Made by a program: the position numbers and the translations under genes
Assembly: GCA_018302685.1 (NCBI GenBank)
Contig: JAGVZK010000009.1
Location: forward strand, 1 to 34,321
Length of the DNA: 34,321 nucleotides
Direction of reading: 5' to 3'
Source of the DNA: Candidatus Woesearchaeota archaeon
GTDB taxonomy: Archaea > Nanobdellota > Nanobdellia > SCGC-AAA011-G17 > GW2011-AR20
The notes under the pieces: generated by a model
The model's database searches: none
What the model was told of the DNA's origin: nothing
The model's input: only the letters and a program-made list of their open reading frames with translations
Shown: positions 24,406-31,420 of the stretch, piece by piece
Numbering within the stretch: position 1 is the first letter of the stretch
How the letters are laid out: each line of letters begins with the position of its first letter

Positions 24406-25743
24406 ATGGATGAATCAATCAGGAACTTTGAGGGTAAGTTCAATGAGGTGAAAGAGCCAATCAGGGTTGTATCGCATCTTGATGCCGACGGGCTGTCAAG
24501 CGCGGCGATTGTAATAAAGGCCCTTCAGAGGGAGAACAGGGAATTCAACCTGACAATTGTCAGGCAGCTTGATGAAACTGCCCTCAAAGAGCTGAGTGTG
24601 GAGAGCTACAATGTTTTTTTATTTTGCGATCTTGGCTCAGGGCAGCTGAGCCTGATATCAAAGCATCTTAAAGGGAAAAAAATATTCATTCTTGATCACC
24701 ATATTCCCGAGGATCATGAAAATGATTTCGTTCACGTAAATCCTCATCTTGAGGGGCACAGCTCATGGGATTATTCAGGGGCATGCCTGTGCTATCTTTT
24801 TGCAAAGAAATTAAATGAAAAGAACAAGGACCTGAGCTACATTGCCGTGATAGGAGGCCTTGGAGACCACCTTGATTTCACCAAAGGAGCCCTGAAAACT
24901 ATTTTGGATGATAGCGTGAGCTTGGGGAAGATTGAAGTCAAGAAAGGGCTTAGAATGTTCGGGACGCAGACAAGGAGCCTAGTCAATCTGCTTCAGTACA
25001 GCACTGACCCTTATATTCCCGGAGTTACAGGCGACTATGAGGGTGCTGCCGGCTTTCTAGGGAGTCTTGGGATTGATATCAAGAAGAACGGAGAATACAT
25101 CAAACTGAAAGACCTTGATGACAGGCAGATGAAGGACCTGATTGCAGGAGTGATTATAAAAAGATTTGGAAGCGAGGAGGACCCCGAGGATGTCATAGGG
25201 AACATTTACCTGCTGAAAGACGAGGACGAGGAGAGCTATACTAAGGATGCCAAGGAGTTTGCTACACTGTTGAATGCATGCGGCAGGCTTAAGAATTTCA
25301 GCGTTGGCATAGGAGTCCTGCTTGGGAATATTGAGCTGAAGAAAGAGGCCAATGATATTATGAAGGAGTACAAGTCCGAGCTCATAAAAGCAATGAACTG
25401 GTTCTATTCAAACAAAGACAGATTTGAGAAAGGCGGAAATTACATGATAATCAACGCCCATGACAGCATCAAGGATTCTTTGATAGGGACACTTTCAGGA
25501 ATGATTTTGGCGAATTCAGGCAAGAGAGGTTTCATCATTGTCGGGATGGCTGAAACCCATGAGGGCGAGATTAAAGTAAGCCTCAGGACAAATTCCGACA
25601 AGATTGATCTAAGGGAGATAATAAACAAGATTGCCGACGGAGGAGGGCATTCAAAGGCATGCGGAGCCTATGTCAAGAAGGAGAATGAGGATGAATTCAT
25701 TAGGAAGATAAAGGAAGAATTAAATAATCTGAATAGTTCTTAG
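24406..25743 (+). CDS. DHH/DHHA1 phosphoesterase, archaeal RecJ/Cdc45-like
   Basis: DHH motifs are SHLDADGLSS, FCDLGSG and ILDHH, and the DHHA1 motif is GGGHSKACGA. It follows rps15 immediately, which is a common archaeal neighbourhood. Confidence 0.8.
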   Translation: MDESIRNFEGKFNEVKEPIRVVSHLDADGLSSAAIVIKALQRENREFNLTIVRQLDETALKELSVESYNVFLFCDLGSGQLSLISKHLKGKKIFILDHHIPEDHENDFVHVNPHLEGHSSWDYSGACLCYLFAKKLNEKNKDLSYIAVIGGLGDHLDFTKGALKTILDDSVSLGKIEVKKGLRMFGTQTRSLVNLLQYSTDPYIPGVTGDYEGAAGFLGSLGIDIKKNGEYIKLKDLDDRQMKDLIAGVIIKRFGSEEDPEDVIGNIYLLKDEDEESYTKDAKEFATLLNACGRLKNFSVGIGVLLGNIELKKEANDIMKEYKSELIKAMNWFYSNKDRFEKGGNYMIINAHDSIKDSLIGTLSGMILANSGKRGFIIVGMAETHEGEIKVSLRTNSDKIDLREIINKIADGGGHSKACGAYVKKENEDEFIRKIKEELNNLNSS

Positions 25744-26207
25744 AAATGATACCAATTTGATTCTTTATTTCCTGCAAACCAAAAATACATATCCAATGTC
25801 TTCGTCAAAGGATAATTTTTAAATTTGATTTTTTGTTGTACCTATGCCCTTATGCCCCTTTTGTATTCTTTTCCCACCTCAACCTCGCGTTTATTTTCTT
25901 TAAATTAAAAAGTACAACTTTCTGCGGATTTGAAAGGAGCTTTTGATCTTCTCTTGTTTGCGATCCCTTCGTATGACCTAAATATTCATCTAATAACCCA
26001 TAAGGAATGTCTAATATTGGGATATCTTTTGATAGTTCCTAATTTCGTCAATATCTTTGCTCTTGAGATTTGCAGGGATTATTTTATCTTATTTTATTTC
26101 TATGCAAAAAGTAGTCTCAAATTAGAACTTTATACACAAAGCCCATTTAATGCACCAGAGAAATTTAACAGAAAGCTTTATAAGCATTTTTCAAGGTTTC
26201 TATAAAA

Positions 26208-26759
26208 ATGGCAGCAAAGAAAGAAAAGAAGCTGTGGTATGAGATTCTAAGCAGCAAGGAATTCAATGAATCTCCTATTGGAGAGACTTCAACGTATGAC
26301 CTTAACAGCCTCAAAGGGAGGGTTGTCAATGTCAACCTTGGAATGCTGACCAGAGATCCAAGATCGCAGAATATCCAGATCGGTTTTGAAGTCAATGAAA
26401 TAAAGGAAAACAAATGCCATACAAGGATAAAGAACTGCTCATTGGTAAGCTCTTATATAAAGAGGATTGTCAAAGTTGGAAGAAGCAAGGCTGATGATTC
26501 CTTCATTGGAGAAAGCAAGGATAAAGTCAGATTAAAGATAAAGCCACTTGTCCTGACAAGATACAAAGTTCAGAATAAGGTTCTGACTGAGCTCAGAAGG
26601 ATGATAAGAGGAGAGGTTTTGGATTACCTTAAGAAGGAAGATGCTGACAAGTTTATTTCTGAATTGATATATAAGAAGATTCAAAAAGAGCTTAAAGGAA
26701 AGCTCAGCAAAGTTTACCCAATTGGGACTTTTGAGTTCAGGATAGTTCAGAGGCTTTAA
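26208..26759 (+). CDS. rps3ae: 30S ribosomal protein S3Ae (eS1)
   Basis: It starts MAAKKEKKLWYEILSSKEF, continues LKGRVVNVNLGMLT, and ends KVYPIGTFEFRIV. At 183 aa, the layout fits archaeal S3Ae. Confidence 0.85.
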   Translation: MAAKKEKKLWYEILSSKEFNESPIGETSTYDLNSLKGRVVNVNLGMLTRDPRSQNIQIGFEVNEIKENKCHTRIKNCSLVSSYIKRIVKVGRSKADDSFIGESKDKVRLKIKPLVLTRYKVQNKVLTELRRMIRGEVLDYLKKEDADKFISELIYKKIQKELKGKLSKVYPIGTFEFRIVQRL

Positions 26760-26805
26760 TTCTTTAATGGATAATTATATATACAAATAAATTATACAAC
26801 ATATT

Positions 26806-26937
26806 ATGACTGAGAATTTATTGCATTTGGAAATGAAATGTTGTTCTATGTTATGGAAATGTCCTGAAGAAGACAAAAGGAAGAAAGTTTACAAACTTAT
26901 TAGTCCAGAAAATGCAGTAGGAGAATTAGAAGAATGA
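26806..26937 (+). CDS. 43-aa Cys-containing mini-ORF upstream of the helicase-nuclease gene
   Basis: The hand translation is MTENLLHLEMKCCSMLWKCPEEDKRKKVYKLISPENAVGELEE. A TATA-like ataattatatata lies about 20-35 nt upstream of its ATG, and the ORF ends 21 nt before the helicase start. There is no family assignment. Confidence 0.3.
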   Translation: MTENLLHLEMKCCSMLWKCPEEDKRKKVYKLISPENAVGELEE

Positions 26938-26958
26938 GAAGCGAAAATGAGATAGACT

Positions 26959-29946
26959 ATGGTGAAACATCTAAATTCAATTGAAGAATTTCGGTCACTA
27001 TTGAATTATTATATATCTTGTTTAGAGAAAGAGGATATGTTATCACTTACCTTTAACTTTAGATTAGATGGCAAAAAATTCCATTCGAATATTTTCAAAA
27101 AAGAACAGTTTTTCTCGCATAAAAAAGAACAAGTTATAATCAAGAAAACTCCTGAAATTGAAAATATTTTCAAAGACTATAAACTTCTTCAAAGAGATAT
27201 ACCCATTTTTTATGGTTATCCTTTGTTTATGGATTCCAATGGAAATGTCAGTCCTATTTTCTTTGTTGAAATATTAGATTTTGAGGAAAGAGAGGATTCA
27301 ATTATTTTTACTAAAGAATCTGTAATTCCAGAATTTAATCACTACATCTTAACTCAAAATAATTATAACTTAGAAGAAATAAATAAAATTCGTTCAGAAA
27401 TAGGAGAAGAAAATGATTTTGCTATTAAGCTTCATAAAATAATGGAATTGCTTAATCTCAATAAAAACATCTCTTCTGAACTTGAACAAAAACCACTAAT
27501 TTTAAGACCATCGTACCAATTAATAAACAAAGCAATTTTATATTTTGGTGGAAGGATGGGTTTTACTAACGGGTTAGTAGATGAATTACAAAAACTAAAA
27601 AAATTATCTCAACACCAGTTAGAATCAACATCATTAGGAATTTTATTTAATAAAGAAAAAAATGGAATTTCAGAGAACAAAAAAGATATTTTAGAGATTT
27701 TCAATCTAAATGAATCGCAAGAAGAAGCAGTTAAAAATACTTTTTTAAGTGATATTAATGTCATTACCGGACCTCCAGGCACAGGAAAATCACAAGTAGT
27801 TCTTAATATGGTTGCTAATGCTGTTTGGAATGATAAGACTGTCTTATTTGCAAGCAAAAATAACAGGGCAGTGGATGTGGTAAATGAGAAACTTAAGACA
27901 ATTTTATCCAGAGACCTAATCATAAGAATGGGTTCCAGTAAACACAGAAAGAATGCTAAACTACAGATTCACAAACTCTTTCAAAACAAAGATTCCTTAA
28001 AAATATCTTCTATTCTCGAAGACGACAATAAAAAAATCAACAATATTAAAAATGAGATAAATTCTTTTAAAGAACAATTAGAAGGTATGTCTAAGACTAA
28101 TGAAGAAATTGAAAAACTACAAAATAAAGCCGATAGTTTGGCAAAGGAGATTCCAGAAAAACTCTATAACCTTTGTAAATACAATGAGTTCAATTCAATT
28201 GATAAATTTAAATTAGAAAGTGACATTAAAAACAATTTTGAGTACGCAGGGTTTCTCAAAAAATTAATAAGAACTGTTATTCCTTATTTTTACAAGAAAA
28301 AAGAACAAGAACTATTTAAAGTATATTATGATAAGTTAAATGAAGAGTTTAGAAATTACTTAGACAAAAATATTCAACTTTCTTCTGACGAAATTAGAAA
28401 ATCATTAATGTGGATTTTAATTTTTAAACAAGTAGATTTATTTAAAGAAGATATTGGTAAATTGAAACAAAAATTATCAAAATTAGATTCTGTTTATAGT
28501 GTACAGTTAAAAATAGAAAAATTAAGAGAACAGAGAATTAAGACATCTAGAAACATATTTGAAAGTTATTGGTTCAAGAAATTAAAGAAAACTTCACCCC
28601 AAGATGAAAACCATGTTTCTAGATATATTGATGCGTCTGAGAAATTGGAAAAATACATTGAGAATTATTCTTTGTGGAAACAGTTAGTAGGAGAACAAGA
28701 AAGCGAAATTCAAGAATTGTTATCTTTCCTCCCAATTTGGGTTGTAACGAACTTATCAGCAAAAAAGAGTCTTCCCTTAAAAGAAAATCTTTTTGATTTG
28801 TTAATTATTGATGAGGCATCACAATGTGATATCGCTTCTGCTTTGCCATTATTTTATAGAGCAAAACAAGTTGTAATTATTGGTGATCCTAAACAATTAA
28901 AGCATATTTCATTACTTAGAGAAACAGAAGATAAAAAAATTGTATCTCAAAATAAAATTTCTGAGTTATACTTGGATTATGCTTATAGTAAAAATTCTCT
29001 CTACGATATTGCAGAAAGAACAATCAAGGGTAGGGATAAATCACCAATTTTACTAAATCAACATTATCGCTCCTACAAAGACATCATTAATTTTTCCAAC
29101 GAGTATTTTTATGAGAAAAAATTAAACATAATGACTGATGAAAGCAAATTGATTCCTGATAAAATTCACCCAAAGGGGGTTAAATGGGTTGATGTTTGTG
29201 GTAAAACTAGCCAAACTAAAAGCCCGTACAACAAAGAAGAAGCAATAGAAATAATAAAAATTCTCAAAAGTTTTAATAAGTCAGATTTAAAGAAAATCTC
29301 TTTTGGAATTGTAACTTTGTTTAGAGCTCAAATGGAATTAATTGCTGATACGATTAAAAAAACTAAAGAATTAAAAAATATGGATGTTACAGTAGGGACC
29401 GCTCACAAATTTCAAGGAGATGAAAAAGACATAATTCTCTTTTCACCAGCAATATCAAAAAATATAAAACAAACAACACTAGACTGGGTTCATACAACTA
29501 CACAATTGCTTAATGTAGCTATTACTAGGGCAAGAAGCGTTCTTATTATTATAGGTGATAAGAAAAAATGTTATGAGGTAGGGGGTTTCTTAAAGGATTT
29601 AGTAGAATATGTTGAATCCAAAAAACAGTTGGATGTTAATTTTGATTCTCCTGTAGAAGATAAACTATTCAAAAAATTAACTAAGGAAGGAATTAAAGTT
29701 TTTCCTCAATATGAAATAAAGATAAGAGGAAAAAAACATTATCGACTTGATTTTGCTTTGTTTATAAATAATAATAAATATGATATTGAAGTAGATGGTG
29801 ATAAATCCCATACTCAAAAAATTGAATCTGATATCTTACGAGACATTCATCTTAGAATTGAAGGATGGAAAGTAAGAAGATTTCAAGCTGGTAAAATTTA
29901 TGATGATATTGATGAAGTGATAAAAGAAATAAAAAGATTGTGTTAA
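26959..29946 (+). CDS. Upf1/DNA2-like SF1 helicase fused to a C-terminal DUF559/Vsr-type PD-(D/E)xK nuclease
   Basis: Helicase motifs are Walker A ITGPPGTGKSQ, Walker B LIIDEASQC, motif III VIIGDPKQL, LNQHYRS, GTAHKFQGDEKDII and NVAITRAR. The C-terminus reads QYEIKIRGKKHYRLDFAL...YDIEVDGDKSH...D..RD..L...GWKVRRF. The N-terminal region of about 260 aa is unassigned, and a coiled-coil insert of about 270 aa lies between Walker A and Walker B. Confidence 0.88.
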   Translation: MVKHLNSIEEFRSLLNYYISCLEKEDMLSLTFNFRLDGKKFHSNIFKKEQFFSHKKEQVIIKKTPEIENIFKDYKLLQRDIPIFYGYPLFMDSNGNVSPIFFVEILDFEEREDSIIFTKESVIPEFNHYILTQNNYNLEEINKIRSEIGEENDFAIKLHKIMELLNLNKNISSELEQKPLILRPSYQLINKAILYFGGRMGFTNGLVDELQKLKKLSQHQLESTSLGILFNKEKNGISENKKDILEIFNLNESQEEAVKNTFLSDINVITGPPGTGKSQVVLNMVANAVWNDKTVLFASKNNRAVDVVNEKLKTILSRDLIIRMGSSKHRKNAKLQIHKLFQNKDSLKISSILEDDNKKINNIKNEINSFKEQLEGMSKTNEEIEKLQNKADSLAKEIPEKLYNLCKYNEFNSIDKFKLESDIKNNFEYAGFLKKLIRTVIPYFYKKKEQELFKVYYDKLNEEFRNYLDKNIQLSSDEIRKSLMWILIFKQVDLFKEDIGKLKQKLSKLDSVYSVQLKIEKLREQRIKTSRNIFESYWFKKLKKTSPQDENHVSRYIDASEKLEKYIENYSLWKQLVGEQESEIQELLSFLPIWVVTNLSAKKSLPLKENLFDLLIIDEASQCDIASALPLFYRAKQVVIIGDPKQLKHISLLRETEDKKIVSQNKISELYLDYAYSKNSLYDIAERTIKGRDKSPILLNQHYRSYKDIINFSNEYFYEKKLNIMTDESKLIPDKIHPKGVKWVDVCGKTSQTKSPYNKEEAIEIIKILKSFNKSDLKKISFGIVTLFRAQMELIADTIKKTKELKNMDVTVGTAHKFQGDEKDIILFSPAISKNIKQTTLDWVHTTTQLLNVAITRARSVLIIIGDKKKCYEVGGFLKDLVEYVESKKQLDVNFDSPVEDKLFKKLTKEGIKVFPQYEIKIRGKKHYRLDFALFINNNKYDIEVDGDKSHTQKIESDILRDIHLRIEGWKVRRFQAGKIYDDIDEVIKEIKRLC

Positions 29947-30099
29947 ATAATAATTTATTATAATATTACGCTGTTCAAGCCAACCTAATTTTAGGATGCC
30001 TGACTTTAGAAGTGTATTCTTTAATATATATGTTAGAGTATAGTTCCTGCGGACAACCATGCGCGCCAGATATATAAACGAAATTTTCTTTTTATTGTC

Positions 30100-30741
30100 A
30101 TGTTTAAGATTGATGAGGATTTAGCTGAAGATGTGGGAATCCATATTGGGGATGGAAGCATGAATTTTTATTCTGGAATTGGATGTTACACTGTAGCATG
30201 TCATTGGATTGACGATAAAGAGTATATTGATAGTTATGTTTCTAAATTAATTGAAAAGATCTATGGTATTAAACCAAAATTAAGAATTTGGTCCAAAGGA
30301 ACTTACGGTTTTAGAATTTATTCAAAGGACGTTGTAAATTTTAAAAGTCAAGTTTTAAATCTTCCTTTGGGCCCAAAGAAAAACATTAAGATTCCAGAAA
30401 TCATTTGTAAAGATGAGAGATTACTAAAATCTTGTTTGAGGGGTTTGATTGATACTGATGGTTGTTTATATTTGGAAAAAAAGTATGGAAAATTATACCC
30501 GAGAATAATTTTTACAAATACATCTAAACCTTTAGTCTTTCAGGTTAAAAATTGTTTAGAAAAATTTGGTTTTACAGTTTCCTTACAAGTTAGAAACCAT
30601 GATAATAAAAATTGGAATATCACATATATTCTTTGTACTAGAGGTTTTAATAATTTAAAATTGTGGATGAGATTAGTAGGTTTTAGTAATCCTAAGAATA
30701 TAATGAAGATAAATTTATTGAAAGAAAGGAAATATTTTTAA
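30100..30741 (+). CDS. free-standing LAGLIDADG-family endonuclease (two motifs)
   Basis: Motif 1 is LAEDVGIHIGDGSM and motif 2 is LRGLIDTDGCLYLE, about 100 aa apart in a 213-aa protein. A TATA-like atatataaacg lies about 20-28 nt upstream of the ATG. Confidence 0.75.
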   Translation: MFKIDEDLAEDVGIHIGDGSMNFYSGIGCYTVACHWIDDKEYIDSYVSKLIEKIYGIKPKLRIWSKGTYGFRIYSKDVVNFKSQVLNLPLGPKKNIKIPEIICKDERLLKSCLRGLIDTDGCLYLEKKYGKLYPRIIFTNTSKPLVFQVKNCLEKFGFTVSLQVRNHDNKNWNITYILCTRGFNNLKLWMRLVGFSNPKNIMKINLLKERKYF

Positions 30742-30768
30742 AGAATTCTTATTGTTTAATCCTTATAA

Positions 30769-30876
30769 GCCTCTGTAGCTCAGTGGTAGAGCAAATTTCA
30801 AAGGAAAGCTCATCTGCCTTGTATGAGTTAGGCCCAAGTAAGCAGTAGGCCGGGGGTTCAAATCCCCTCGGAGGCT
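30769..30876 (+). tRNA. tRNA-Thr(TGT) with two BHB introns (30795-30813 at position 27/28; 30824-30840 at position 37/38)
   Basis: The acceptor stem is GCCTCTG/CGGAGGC with discriminator T, and the D-arm is GCTC-AGTGGTA-GAGC. The T-arm is GGGGG-TTCAAAT-CCCCT. Removing 19 + 17 nt leaves 72 nt with a perfect anticodon stem ACTGC/GCAGT and loop CT-TGT-AA. Both introns sit in helix-bulge-helix-bulge motifs, detailed in the findings. Confidence 0.8.
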
Positions 30877-30889
30877 TATTTTCTATAAA

Positions 30890-30991
30890 ATGGAGCATAC
30901 ATGCATAATATGTGGAAATGAAATGATTCAGAATAAATGCAAGATTATCTGTTTAAACTGCGGTTTTACTAGAGACTGCACTGACCAATAG
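30890..30991 (+). CDS. 33-aa zinc-ribbon mini-protein candidate
   Basis: The hand translation is MEHTCIICGNEMIQNKCKIICLNCGFTRDCTDQ, with a CxxC ... CxxC arrangement. It lies between tRNA-Thr and tRNA-Val and is followed by a T7 run. Confidence 0.4.
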   Translation: MEHTCIICGNEMIQNKCKIICLNCGFTRDCTDQ

Positions 30992-31024
30992 TTTTTTTAA
31001 GTTTATTTTATTTCAATTTGACAT

Positions 31025-31096
31025 GGGCTTGTTATCCAGTGGTTAAGATGCATCCTTGACGTGGATGAAACCCAGGTTCGAATCCTGGCAGGCCCA
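31025..31096 (+). tRNA. tRNA-Val(GAC), intron-less
   Basis: The acceptor stem is GGGCTTG/CAGGCCC (one G-U pair) with discriminator A. The anticodon arm is CATCC-TTGACGT-GGATG and the T-arm is CCAGG-TTCGAAT-CCTGG. It is 72 nt long and followed by TTTT. Confidence 0.88.
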
Positions 31097-31234
31097 TTTT
31101 ACTCTCATGCTACAATTTTTTACTCTCCAAACATTTATATATTAGTTTAATACTTATTCAATAAATGGTTATTTTAACACTAATAACGATTAAAATAAGC
31201 TTCATTTGGAAAAAAAAGATTTAAAAGGCTTTAA

Positions 31235-31420
31235 ATGATACCTACGGAAGAAGAGTTGCTGAATTTCATTAAGGCAAGAGATCTCGTTAATTTTTCCACC
31301 ATTGCAAAGTTCTATAACATTAATAATTCAACCGTTTCTGACATTGTTGATTCGCTGATTCACAAAAAATTGGTTGTTGTTAAAAAATTAGGGGGAAGCA
31401 AGATAATCAGGATAAAATGA
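31235..31420 (+). CDS. small winged-helix DNA-binding protein candidate
   Basis: The 61-aa protein reads LLNFIKARDLVNFSTIAKFYNINNSTVSDIVDSLIHKKLVVVKKLG, resembling a MarR/TrmB-type wHTH. Its stop overlaps the next ATG as ATGA. Confidence 0.5.
   Translation: MIPTEEELLNFIKARDLVNFSTIAKFYNINNSTVSDIVDSLIHKKLVVVKKLGGSKIIRIK

Noticed and set aside
25930-26205. A 91-aa plus-strand ORF lies upstream of rps3ae.
   Set aside because: It has a TTG start, no SD, and a hydrophobic, low-complexity translation. It would abut the rps3ae ATG and occupy its promoter region. The gap is reported instead as unexplained non-coding sequence.
29836-30060. A 74-aa minus-strand ORF overlaps the helicase 3' end.
   Set aside because: It overlaps the well-supported DUF559-like domain on the other strand, and its translation is low-complexity and AT-driven.
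30769-30876. The long tRNA-like region could be a tRNA pseudogene or two overlapping partial tRNAs.
   Set aside because: Removing two segments whose ends fall in 3-nt bulges flanking 4-bp helices gives a complete 72-nt cloverleaf with a perfect anticodon stem, which is unlikely for a decayed gene.
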